A stretch of 63,198 nt of DNA, the filler included, from Circinaria calcarea (lineage: Eukaryota): the NCBI GenBank assembly GCA_051942165.1. It is 8 parts of 8 records of this genome, joined end to end, with 100 filler letters (N's around TTAATTAATTAA, not from the genome) between each part and the next. Parts side by side here need not be neighbours in the genome. Positions count along the whole stretch, not along the records: positions 31,704 to 39,511 come from JAVECS010001244.1; positions 39,612 to 47,408 come from JAVECS010001245.1; positions 47,509 to 55,305 come from JAVECS010001246.1; 5 more parts are not named here. The stretch is one strand, 5' to 3'. Positions 39,448-52,418 of the stretch are shown here, piece after piece. The position numbers were made by a program, and so were the translations under genes. The notes under the pieces are model-generated. The model saw only the letters and a list, made by a program, of their open reading frames with translations. It did not search any database and was not told the origin of the DNA. Position 1 is the stretch's first letter; each line of letters starts with the position of its first letter.

Positions 39448-39611
39448 TATAAATTCTGGTTTCGGGTAATACTCGGATCGGTAAATTATCGGCCGACCCC
39501 CCCCCCGGAGCNNNNNNNNNNNNNNNNNNNNNNNNNNNNNNNNNNNNNNNNNNNNTTAATTAATTAANNNNNNNNNNNNNNNNNNNNNNNNNNNNNNNNN
39601 NNNNNNNNNNN

Positions 39612-40012
39612 ACTCCGCCCACTTGTCCACGGTTTCTCAATTCAATCTGTCGTCAAAAGTGTTCGAAGTATCATATCCATGCCGCTGCTTGGCGGGAAAA
39701 ACTCCACAGCGCGAACGGGCTACGGCAAAAGCTACAATGACGCGGCAAATGAAAACTCTTTTTCGCAAGTCGGCTTGAAGAATGAAATCTTTGTTGAGAA
39801 GTAAGATTGCTCTATTTGAAAGTAGTTGAAAGGGGATTCCCTCTGTTAAAGACCATTATGCTGATACAGTTGGCAGTCGACCCAGCGAAACCGTAATCAA
39901 CATCGGAAGCGTACCACTGAGTACTTTGCCAGCAGCAAGTGTAGCGCCGTCGAAAGGAATTCTAGTGGAAAGAGGTTTCGATACGAGCTCCGAAAGGGAC
40001 GCTGATGTGTGA
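39612..40012 (+). CDS. 3' end of a PTH11-like (rhodopsin-domain) integral membrane protein
   Basis: LRPLVHGFSIQSVVKSVRSIIS follows TM7 in this family; probable intron 39801-39851 leads to KGILVERGFDTSSERDADV*. Confidence 0.6.
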
Positions 40013-41101
40013 TATACTACACGGGCAGCAAAAGGGGATTAGTCTTCAGGCACGGAAATTCGGGGGCCATAGCATATAGAACCAATACAGGTTTGCGATC
40101 TATACACTGCCCAGTAAAGGAGAAAACCCGCCGACAACCCCATTCGAGTACACCTGGGGAAACTCAAAAAGTCAACCACCCAACCAACCCCATTCTCCTC
40201 TGATTCAACTAGTCACGCAGATCCCCGCCGCCCCCGCCTAAAGCCAACGTCTTAATTGACGACATGGTAAACGTAACCATCTGTTAGGCTGAATTCAACG
40301 GCGTTTATTTGAGGTCTCATATCCAAACAGATAGACATCAGTAAACATCTCCGACGGACTCGCTAATTGGTACTAGCCCTACTTGGACAGTCCTTTTCGT
40401 ACTGTTGTAGGATATTTAAACCCAGCTGTGCCTAGGGGTTGGTCTCGAGATATCTCCTCGAATTCATTCCCTTGAATAAATCCACTACCGGTCCTCTACT
40501 TTCAAAAAGGTCCTGCTTCCATCATAATGCACCGAATTAGATGCAGCGCAACACAGGATGCTCTCCAACCGTTCCTCGTGCACCTTTTCAGGCATATTAT
40601 CCGACCATAATACCGCCACTCTAATTTGCTGAATCTCTGTCTACTATTGGCGAGGCCAAACCCACCTTCAATAATTGAAGCCAAAACCACTAAGCAGCTG
40701 CAACATATTAATCAATGTACAAGTCATATCACAGAAACAGTATGATGAGGTCCGGTATTTTTTATATTCGCATAATAATTGTTTGGGTTTCTAGAGACTG
40801 ATTGAGATCTATAAAAGCAAATAAATATGCGGAGTAAGTTGAGATATCAAGCGAAATTAAACATCAAAGCAAGCCATTAAACAAACTCAACGCTAGCTCG
40901 AGCAAATCAAGATGGAGCCTTAAAATCAACCTTGTAGCCGATCGAGGAGAGGGTTCGTACCGTGACGTGTACTCTGTATGTTAAGTGGGAATCACTTGCC
41001 CGAGATAGCCTTCGTCGTTTCGAAATACATTGCTTATGTAGCCGATAACTATCGCTGCTGTAATGCGTAGATGAAATCTTTGGATTATCCTCATAGGGGA
41101 A

Positions 41102-42781
41102 TCAGGTAGGTACCAACCGTACTACAAACGGCTCCCTAACCCATACTGCATACGTCTTTTGGTCATCCCACTTCAGGCCCGAGCCTGGTCCGATAGGCAA
41201 TGATATATCAAAATTCCAGACCATTCTTGCAAGAATCAAACGTAGTTCAAAGTAGGCGAGTTTGAAGCCAATACATAAACGTGGGCCAACCGAGAATGGC
41301 TTTTGTGCGTCCTTATTATCATGGGCGAATGGAGAGGATGGCAGTGATGCAGACTTTAACCAACGCTCTGGCATAAACTCATTGGGGTACGCAAAATTGG
41401 AGGAGTGTAGGGATTTATGGGAATGCGTTAATAAGGTTTGCAGATTGTGTAATGACAGGAGATGTCTGGGGATGTTACGTACACCAGCAGGAAGCCACTT
41501 GCCGCAAACGGTGTCCCCGCCTTGGGGAACAACACGGGGCATACCTAACGGTACAGGGGCAGTAATCCTCAAACCCTCCTCCACGACGGCATTAAGGTAC
41601 GACAGCTTGCTGAGGTTGGTAAAACTCATATCGGATTCTTGATTGAATGAGCCCCTAATTTCGTCGGTCAACTTCTGGAGAGTATCGGGGTATTTCGTGA
41701 GGTAGTTCGTTGTAGCAGCGAGAGTTGTGACTAAGGAATTACTACCTGCAATAATAATTATGCCAGCTGTTGACTCAATCTCAGCACTACTTAGGTCATG
41801 TTTAGTATTTGCAAGATGAGAGAGGAAGTCGGGTCGATCTTTCTGAAGACTCATCCGTCGTTGGACTTTTTGTTTTGTTATCTCAAAATGGTCTTTCTGT
41901 TTCTGGAGCATTTCTTTGGGTACCATCATCATAAGCAGCTTGAAAGCTAAGGGATAGTACTTGACGGAAGTCGACAAAACGGCAGCTTTGAAATGGTTCA
42001 CGATAAGCACTACCCACATATGGTAACGATCCTCTTCCAAACAGTCAAAGGATTCACCAAAGGCGAGGTCACCGATTATATCGAGAGTTGTATAGTTATA
42101 CCATTTGACGATGTCCACGGTTGCATATTCACTCTTTATATCCACCTGCTCTCGTAGCCGGCGTATTAGTGTATTAACGTGGCTTGAAATAATAGGTTGT
42201 TGGTCTTTCAGGGATTTCTCCGAGAAACAATATGTCCATGCCCGGCGGATTCGAACATGGTCTTCGTCGTTGGCATTCAGGATAGAGGGAGCTTGATCGG
42301 GACTACTTCGCGACATCCAAACTGGGTTTTTGGGGAAAGGGCGGTGTCCTGGACGATGGCCATATATGTCATGACATGCGACTGGATCGATGAAGGACAC
42401 CTCATTTGGTGCGAGGCGGACAGCGGGCCCATACTGCTCATGAATCTGTTGAATGGCATGAACCAGATTACCCTTTCGCATTTGGCGAACAAAGGGTAAA
42501 CGGCTGATGGCCCATGATTTGGGGCCTGGGAACTGCGAGAGTGGATGAAAATAAAGGTTGTAGATTATGCGTACTGGCAGATACTGTAGAACCGGTAAGA
42601 ATTAGAATTTTGGCTGATGGCAATGAAGATGGTGTTTGCAGGAGCGAGGAAGAGGAGCCGGGAATAGGCAGTGCACCGAGAGGAGGAAAAGCGCGACGAC
42701 AAGCAGAAGCGTAGTTGTACTCAGGACCCCATCTTGACTACTGAAAAGGCCGGGGATGGGGATGGGGATGCGGATGCCCAT
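41102..42781 (-). CDS. Cytochrome P450 (CYP65/Tri11-like), possibly defective
   Basis: TM anchor, YNLYFHPLSQFPGP, VRLAPNEVSF, DIIGDLAFGESFDCL, EEGLR, PERWL, PFSVGPRLCIG; I-helix reads AGSNSL; the last intron lacks an AG acceptor. Confidence 0.9.
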
Positions 42782-43139
42782 GACCGTCGTCACCTTGGCG
42801 AAATCTGGGAAGGCTGCTGACTTGGAGTATACGGAGAGGTTGACAAAGGAGAAAGGCTGTGTTCTACATAATGCCTTGAACGATAATCCCAAGGGAAGGG
42901 AGAAGGTAAGGGAGGAGGGGGGTGGGCGTCACTTGATAAATACATCAAGGTCAGCCAGCCTTCCGATGTAACCCGTGTGAGCGAGTATTTCGTAGTATAA
43001 AGAATTGCTCCAGAAAAGGGTTGAATCTGGATGGCAAGTCGAAGCGAGTTGCCTACTTTCATATGGAGCAGCTCCGTAGATCGTACCCGCAATACGGAAC
43101 GGCCCGTGTATATATATAACACGTGTGTCGACCGTTTAC

Positions 43140-43355
43140 ATCCTTTAATAAAAATATAAAGCTTTTACCGTATCCCCGCCTCAAATCTAAATTAACCTAT
43201 AATTAATTTCGGAAAATTATTTTTATATATTAAAATCCGGCGTAATATATATATAATTAACCCTTATGATCGGAGAAAAAGTAGAAAAAATAAAAAAATA
43301 TTAAAAAATTATTATAAGAATTCTTTACGAATAATATAATAATATTATAATAAGG
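43140..43355. repeat. AT-rich RIP-like block truncating the second P450
   Basis: Abrupt switch to AT-rich sequence with surviving CCGGCG/CCCCGCC islands, directly after the SRTSART codons. Confidence 0.7.
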
Positions 43356-43940
43356 GTCGGTTCGTGCAGACGTACGTGATACTATATGCCGCAGAACTTC
43401 GTATATCTCAATTGTGATCCATTTGTTGGAGCAGGAGGGGAATTCCTTCTCGAGCGCAAAACCAAGCTCGTCTCGGACCGTAGGTACCAAAGCCCCGAGC
43501 TTCGGTGTTAATCTTATCTGGATAACCCGTGTGTGCAGATTGCTCTTTGCTAACACATCCGTAATAGAGAACACGCTTTATGCATTTATAATGTTGGCTA
43601 GGATCGAGTTGAGTTGATCCGCAGGGAGGTTGCGGATCTCGTCGATGTACTTATTCGGTAGTATTAGGACATCATTTCCACATAGTTTGAAAACGGTATC
43701 CTTGAATTGGGCATATCCGCTATTAAGGACCTTCTCTGCCCGGACGAAAAAGTAAAATCTTGCTATGATAACCCATTTTCCACCAACATACGGAGCTTGA
43801 ACTATGTCATTTCCTTCTTTTTCAGCCGATAGCGAGTGGAGGACCAATGTTCCCAAAGCAATAATAACCGCTAGCCAGGAGAGTGAGGTCGCATCACCGA
43901 CACGGTGGAGGACAGTGGAGGGTAGTTCAGTTAGGTTCAT
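43356..43940 (-). pseudogene. Truncated cytochrome P450 (ent-kaurene-oxidase-like class)
   Basis: APYVG..GYAQFKD..LILPNKYIDEIRNLP..LHTRVIQIRLTPKL..DELGFALEKEFP..W..IVSRTSAR; TAA at 43578-43580; the 3' two-thirds are missing. Confidence 0.85.
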
Positions 43941-44689
43941 AGCAATAATGGAATCTGTAGCTTTGAAAGCGTGTAGACCAACGACAAGAACATAGAGAAT
44001 AGCGACATCAAACCCTATAAATGCGGGGGGGTGAAGCAGTACCGGAAGTTACTCTCCATAATTACTTCAAGGGTTTTTGTGATCGCGTGGCAGTCAGATA
44101 TCAGTAGCTCGGGAGTATCGCCCGTGCATCTTTACCTTAGTGTTGGGGAAATATACTCCGTCCCGCATATAAATTGGTGTCATCCTTGACCGCATATTAC
44201 TGCGGTAAGGGAGTGAGGGTATTGGAATCGGTTGGTGGATAAAGATGACCTGCATAATGTAACCGGTGGAGTAGTATACACTCTATTGGGATTCAGGTGA
44301 AGAGCGAAAGCAAAGCCTCGCCGATACAGTTTGTTACATACACATCGCACTTAGCGGTCCTGGAAGCTAGGGGACCATCAAATCGTGGGGACCCTCCCCA
44401 CTTTGTATCCCGTCTAGATATGCCCGAGTGCGGCAAAGCTGAGCCTTCAATGTTTGTTGAATCCCTCCACTCCAAGGAGAATCCAGATTAGATGAGCATG
44501 GCTGAGATTTCCAAGTTTAATTTCGTATGATCAGTATAACGACAGCCTTGACTGAAACATCTACGAGTTTGGGCATCTTTAATAAAGGACTGCCTTCTTT
44601 CCATCTGCTTTAGAACTGGAAATTGCAACTCCAATCAGTGCGACAAAAAAGTCACATGCAGTCTCTTGCCTTCCCTGCATACCAGCAAA

Positions 44690-46662
44690 ATGTTTGCACC
44701 GTCTTTGATTTATTATCTACTACATATTGGCACCACCTTCTCCGCTTCCTATTTTCCTCACCAACTTGACATGCAGAAGCAGGGCATGATGCAGGCCAAG
44801 ATCGAAGCCTTTGTTAATTCACCCAACCTACCGTCGTCCCAAGGCCAACATCTAACAAGCAAGCTTGAGGATAACTCGAACCTTGCAGCCTTTCTCAACG
44901 GCAAAGACTACGACGCATCCGGCCTGGTTTCGCTTGCATGTCAGTCAGCACGACTATGTTTTGGACCTGATTCCGTGGACACAGTACCTCTGAACCAGAC
45001 CACGGTCGACGCCAATTGGTCGGTAGTCTTGAGTGCCGCAAACCACCGGAAGTTAATCATGGTGGTGAAGGTCCCAAGCATGCTGGTTTTCTCCATCATG
45101 CGTGGTATTCCCAGAGTCGGCACAGGATGTATCCAAGTCACTGAAGATTGTCAACTTTTTCCAAACGAAATTTGCCGTCCGCAGTGGCGGCCATTCCCCA
45201 AATCCGGGTTGGTCCAGTATGGAAAAGCCTGGTGTTCTCATCGATCTGAAAAATCTTAACAAAGTTGCTATCAGTGCCGACAGGAAGCTTGCAAGCTTAG
45301 GACCGGGTGGACGATGGGGTGACGTCTTTACGGCCTTGGACCCATATGACGTGAGCGTTCTTGGAGGTCGGATTCCACATGTTGGGGTTGCGGGAGTCAT
45401 CCTCGGAGGTTGGAGCTTCCTTGAGAATTTACCCTATAGGGTGCTGATGATAATCCTTTTAAAGGGGGGCTCTTCCATTTCTCAGGCGAGTACGGTCTTG
45501 CTGCGGATAATGTCAAGAACTTTGAAGTATTACCATCCAAACGATCGGATCTTCTACTTGCTCATTCCCGTGGCAGATTGTGCTAGCAGATAGAACCATC
45601 ACGGATGCGAATGCATAACAGAATAGTGATCTGTTTTGGGCTCTGAAGGGTGGAGGATCTAATTTCGGTAAGTTCTCCATTCTGTTCAGATATCATGAGC
45701 GTTCAGTCCTAATCTAGTACAGGAATCGTCACCCAATTCGACCTATACACCATTCCAGTGAAGAACATCTGGTATCAGGTAGAGATATACACAACCGATC
45801 AAGTTCCCGCGCTTCTGGATGCCTTTGCCCAGTGGCAAGAAAACGGTGCTTTGGACGTAAAGTCAACCGTTGCTCTTATCGTAGGACTTCAGAGTACTAC
45901 ATTAGGACTGATATACTCGGCCCCTTGCCACGAAACCAGCAGCCTTTGCTCCGTTCTACAATATCCCCGCTACGGTGGTCGCTATACCCCCGACAAACGG
46001 TACGGTGTTGAGTTTGACACAGATTTTAGGTACCACATTCACGAATCATCCCATGCGGTAAGACATCCACAAACGGTTTACCTGGCCTGTCCAGTGAGTC
46101 TGGTGGCTGATATTTTCAAAGACATGATTATCGAGGCGCGAGTTCTAAGATTGATGCGCAGCTGTATAAAGATGTTTATGCATTCTGGCGAGAACAGGCG
46201 ACTGCAGTTCACAGCGCTACTGGAGCTAATATGACCTTCACCCTCCAGCCTATCCCTGTCAACCTTGTCGATCAGGGTATCGCGAAGGGTGGAAACCCAC
46301 TTGGACTCCCTAAAGTGAATCACCAATGTGAGCTTGCCCGACGGGTGACAGACCTAGTTTCCAGGTTACAGCAGCTAATATTCGTAGGGTGGACGACTCT
46401 CGTGGACTGGCAGAATGCCAATGACGATGCGACAGTAAGGGCAGCTCCCATCGCAACCAGCGAGAAGTGGAAGGAGCTGGGAGAAAAGCGTGGCTCGTAT
46501 GTTCCATTCTTATTCATGAATGATGCATCAAGAGACCAAAACCCTCTTGCTGCATATGGCTCGACCAATGTAGAGAAGTTGAAGGCCGTGTCTCGGAAGT
46601 ACGACCCGTCTCAAGTCTTCCAGACCTTGCAGAACGATGGGTTTCTGCTTTCGAAACTGTAA
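44690..46662 (+). pseudogene. Secreted FAD-linked oxidoreductase (BBE-like/FAD_binding_4), disrupted
   Basis: Signal peptide, FAVRSGGH, GGRIPHVGVAGVILGG, DLFWALKGGGSNFG, FMNDA..KYDPSQVFQ; TAA at 45616-45618 and +1 frameshift at about 45925. Confidence 0.85.
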
Positions 46663-46869
46663 ACATGTCTTCATAATATCGAGACTGTTGAAAACCCATT
46701 CTGGGCAAAATAACCCTAGAAGTATTTATCAGAGATATCGTGGGATTCTGCTCAACCCCTAACTCCTATATAAGACGAAATGAGGTGGACAAGCGAGAAG
46801 TGCATTCCCTTACTCACCAAGATGTGGTAAAAATCTGCCACCCGATGCCACATTTATTTATCAATTTTT

Positions 46870-47408
46870 ATACGACGAATTATTCCTATATCCCCCAAAC
46901 ATGCCATTTTTTACTGCCATACCCTCTCGACTTACTACCATACCCTCCCACCCTTCCATCTTACCGCCATAACCCCCCGGCCGCCAATATCTTTACTCCC
47001 ATGCCCACTTACCCGCACCTTATTTCAACCCGGCGTGTATTCTCAACCACCGAGCTCTTAGCCTAACTAAATAGAATAGGCCTTAACCACGTAAAATAAG
47101 TCACAGTAGCTACGCGCCTCTCTACTGCTCGAGGCAGACTGTAGCGGCGGAAAATTGCATAGGCGATATTGAAGATTAATTATACGTCGCCTGCGAGCGG
47201 CATCCAGGGCACAATTAGTGAAAATGATCCATCAAAAGGAAAAGAAGGAAAGAAAGGAACTTGGCTGTAGTACAATAGATTAGCTGTTGAATCGATGTAG
47301 ATTTACGCGACGCAATGCGTCTAATTGCGTTAAGTACGTCAACGCAATTAGACGCATTGCGTCGCGTAAATCTACATCGATTCAACAGCTAATCTATTGT
47401 ACTACAGC
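46870..47408 (+). mobile_element. Second copy of the MULE-associated repeat, ending in a perfect palindrome
   Basis: 46871-47030 resembles the reverse complement of 36000-36158 (MPFFTAIP.. vs .PFLTPIP..); 47197-47219 matches revcomp of 36413-36435 at 22/23; 68-bp perfect arms 47264-47331 and 47341-47408. Confidence 0.7.
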
Positions 47409-47508
47409 NNNNNNNNNNNNNNNNNNNNNNNNNNNNNNNNNNNNNNNNNNNNTTAATTAATTAANNNNNNNNNNNNNNNNNNNNNNNNNNNNNNNNNNNN
47501 NNNNNNNN

Positions 47509-48852
47509 TGCTTCTTCTTCTGCTCCTCCTTCTTCTCCTCGTTCTTCCGCTTTAGGTTCTTCTTCTCCTCCTCCGTCCTCTCTACCGGCTTGAAGAAGCC
47601 TTCCAACCGCGCCTGCTGCGCCGTCTTCAGGTTTTTCTGGAGCCTCGCGGCGGCACTGCGGACCCGGTCGACGCTGAAGCCTTTTTCGTCGACGAGGAAC
47701 TTGACGAGGCCGTCGACGTCGGGTGCGTTCCAGTGGAAGTCGCAGTCGGGGTGGTCGGCGGGGCGGACGTCGGGTGAGAAGAAGAGCTCTCGGGCGTCTT
47801 CGTAGGGCCAGTCGTCTGGGATGGTGAACTTCTTTTTGGGGTCGTTTTTGATGTATTCAACTACGGCCTCCAAGGTGCCATGATCGCGGATGAGTTTCAG
47901 GGCAGTGTTGGGACCGATTTTGGGGATGGGGTCGACGTAGTCGCAACCGAGGAGAATGCAAAGGTCGATAAACTTCCGCAAGTTAGCAGTATTTTTCCCA
48001 TTGACGTAGCTGTACCAACCTGCTTTCGATCCATGGCTAAACCGGCGAGTACTCGGTCAAGGTGAATCTCCTGGATTGGTTCCTTCCGTTGTTCGCTAAA
48101 AGTTAGATGGCGGAGGAGGATAGGCGCGTCGAAGCATAAAGTGTCCATGTCTTCGGAGGCAGCAGCATAGACTTTACCAGCTCTCGCTAGCACAGCACAT
48201 TGGGCCTCGGCCTCTGTAGGCGCATCGATGTATGGTATGCCCATTAAGCTCAACAGCTTCTTGCACTCGGCGTTATGCTCCCTAGTTACCCGGACAGTTC
48301 GCCTTGAGAATTTTTCTACCTCCTCAGCCGTCCCGGTCTCTTTGGCTTCCTCGTGGGCTTCGTTCGCCTCGGCTTTCCGCTGAAATCGCTTTGCCAGTTC
48401 ACCTGACTTCAGCTTGGGAGGAGCACCATCGAAGACGTAAATCGGTTTGATGCCATTATCGACAATGCGGAGCGTACGGTAGAACATGCCAATGAGATGT
48501 GAGGTTGTTTCACCGGATTCACTCATGAGCTGCTGCCCCTCGGAACGTACGGCAATCAGGAAACTGTAGATGCTCATGGAACTGGATTTCCCTTCAGATC
48601 AGACAATGGGCAATTGGGATCATTCAGACGTCTACTTACGCATCCTGTACAAGATTAGCCACCCACCACCTCAGCAAGTACCTGGAAAGTCTTGACCTAC
48701 AATGGCAACCTTTCTTCCAAAATGATTTTTAATCTCGCCGTTCCTAATCGCATTGGGGGCATTCTCATGGATCACCGAGGCAAGCTCTAGTAACTGTTAA
48801 TATCAGAGCCGTGAGGACTGGTAGCGCTATTGTACTGACGCTTGATACCCAT
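47509..48852 (-). CDS. FEN1: Flap endonuclease 1 (3' end truncated)
   Basis: MGIK|..[57 protein letters not shown] box QARLEGFF. Confidence 0.97.
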
Positions 48853-49264
48853 GATTGCGGTGAGCGAGTTGTTCTGCGCTTGCGACTCCTCTGCCTTTGT
48901 ACTGTCAAATGCCTGAATGGATGATTTCTACGCGTTGGAAATGACGTGTGCGCGTAGGCAGAAAACCACGTAGGGGCTAGAGAGGGCTTAGCGGCATCGT
49001 TGCCCAATTCATATATCCAACGGTAGGACCCCCATAAAGATGTTTGTAGAGCTCTACACCATCAGAAACTACTCCAGCGGTGCAGACTGCCACCTCCATT
49101 TCCAGACCGCAGTGTCTTTTTCACACGCGATCAGAGTTGGGTCCATGTCAATAAGTATGACATCAGTCCTCCGGGACCTCGGCGCCTTTTGGCGTGTGGA
49201 GATGGTTTGTGGGGTTTGGTCAGGTTGGTGGTTCCAAGTCAAATGCGCTGGATGTTTTCTATAA

Positions 49265-50741
49265 ATGTTTTTTCTGTCGCGCACGGTATTCATTATGATC
49301 AGGGGTGCTGCCAAAACTAGCCCAAGAAGCTTGCTCAACCCATTGTGCGGTGCCAAAACTACAAGACGATATGCCCATGCTCCGGCAGCCTTCAATTGGG
49401 AGGACCCATTGAGCACTTCGAATTTGTTTACCGAAGAAGAACTAGCAATACAAGATACTGCTAAGTCATATTGCCAGGAACGTATGCTCCCTCGGGTTCT
49501 GGGTTAGTACAAGCTCCACCTACCTCCTTTCCCACACTGACTTTGTTGTTCTCGAAGATGCGTACCGGGACGAGCATTATGATCGAAAAATCCTTGAAGA
49601 AATGGGCGAGCTTGGTTTACTAGGAGCAACAATTAAAGGATACGAATGTGCTGGTGTGAGCAGCGTCGCGTCCGGACTCATCACGCGAGAAGTGGAAAGA
49701 GTGGATTCGGGTTACAGATCAGGGATGTCCGTACAGAGCTCACTCGTGATGGGAGGCATTGATGAGTTTGGGACACAGGAGCAGAAAGATAAATACCTAC
49801 CAGGACTGGCAAAGGGTAAACTGCTTGGATGCTTCGGCTTGACGGAGCCCAACCATGGCTCTGATCCTGGGTCCTTGGAGACTACCGCCAAACCACATCC
49901 GTCAAAGAAAGGTTATTTCTCCGTATCAGGCGCAAAGACGTGGATTACCAATTCGCCAATCGCGGACGTCATGCTCGTATGGGCCAAACTTCAAAGCACC
50001 GGCAAGATCCGAGGTTTCCTGATAGATCGTGATCAATGTCCGCCTGGGACTCTGGAAACACCTGCGCTCAAAAACAAAAATGGACTACGAGCTTCAATCA
50101 CCGGTATGATCCAGCTCGACGAATGTCCCGTGCCGGAAGCCAACATGTTCCCCACCGTCGAGGGCCTGAGGGGTCCTTTTAGCTGCCTGAACTCCGCAAG
50201 ATTCGGAATCGCATGGGGGACCATGGGTGCTTTAGAAGACTGCATCGCTAGAGCGAGGACGTACGCTCTCGAGCGGAGACAATTCAAGAATAACCCGATT
50301 GCGAAATATCAGCTGGTGCAGAAGAAGCTAGCGGATGCGGTCACAGATGCTGCATATGGTATCTTGGCTGCAACGCAAGTGGGTCGGCTGAAGGATGAGG
50401 GTAAGGCGGCGCCTGAGATGATCTCGATGATCAAGAGGCAGAACTGTGATCGAGCGTTGGTTAATGCAAGGACGTAAGTTAAACCTCCCCCTTTGAAGTG
50501 AATTCGATAACTAACGTTCCTCCAGACTCCAAGAGATCTTTGGAGGTAATGCCGTCAGCGACGAATACGGTATCGGCAGGCATGTCGCCAACTTGTTTGT
50601 AACGCAAACATATGAAGGTCAGAGTGATATCCACGGTGAGTACCTGGCCACTCTCCTCCTCTTCTAGACCCGCCACTAACGGTTGCCTATCTAGCCTTGA
50701 TCCTCGGAAGAGCCATCACGGGCATTCAAGCGTTTGTATAG
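49265..50741 (+). CDS. GCDH: Glutaryl-CoA dehydrogenase, mitochondrial
   Basis: [70 protein letters not shown]; three introns. Confidence 0.95.
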
Positions 50742-51595
50742 TGACGTCGTTTCAGCAGCTAGATTCTTCCTTTTTTTTGTATCTAAAATCACGGCGACCG
50801 GTCTTCAGACTTTGCCTTCGTAGCACAATCTCCCCAAAATTCCACCCACTGAATCAAAGAGTACAGCCGGCCTTGTTGTATCCCTGTAGTGGACTTGGTT
50901 TGAGGGGTTAGGAGATAGGATTGGACTTGACTGAGGTTTAAGGAGGGAGGCAGGATGCGTGGCGATGGGGTAGCTTGGATGAGATGAAGATATACACATG
51001 GATGATTGAGCGCTTCCAACCCCCAATACCCCCAAATAGCGCCCTCTTAGCCTCTCGAGTTCTTCCAAGGAGTCCAGCCCCACTGAACCCAGTTGCCGCG
51101 CTTAGGCTTAGTATCCTTCTAGCAGAAATTGCATCTTTTTGGTGACAAGGATCGAGAGGCGAGGGATTCGGGAAGAGATATAAACATCCTCCGGTCCCGG
51201 TCTATCATTCGCCCGAGGGTTAGTCGCACATGCGTTTTACGCAGGTTCAGGTTCAGGCTGGTGGCCAACTGGTCGTGATGATTTTCTTGTCGCTGACAAT
51301 AACATTATTGCGAGCTTCCATCCGCTTCTGAAATTATCCCTCGTTCCTATTCGACTCGTCAACCACCTCGGTCGGCTAAAGCGAGCGATATCGCATTCAC
51401 ACTCAGTCCTCAATCTGCACCGTTAACAAAGCCGTGCGTCACTTCTCGCCAGCCAAAGTCTATAAGTAGCCTTACTGACCCCAGTCTGCGATCGGTTCCA
51501 GTCACCTACTCCACATCGAAATCTCATCGACATCCTACTGCCGCACATCCTTATCGACACCACTCCTGCACTCCGCCACATCATCGGACTTCAAG

Positions 51596-52418
<823 letters not shown>

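Noticed and set aside
51274..51331. GTGATGA...CTGA...CTGA as a box C/D snoRNA upstream of UBC4
   Set aside because: Very short, with no terminal stem or convincing rRNA guide that I could identify; a snoscan/Infernal run would settle it.
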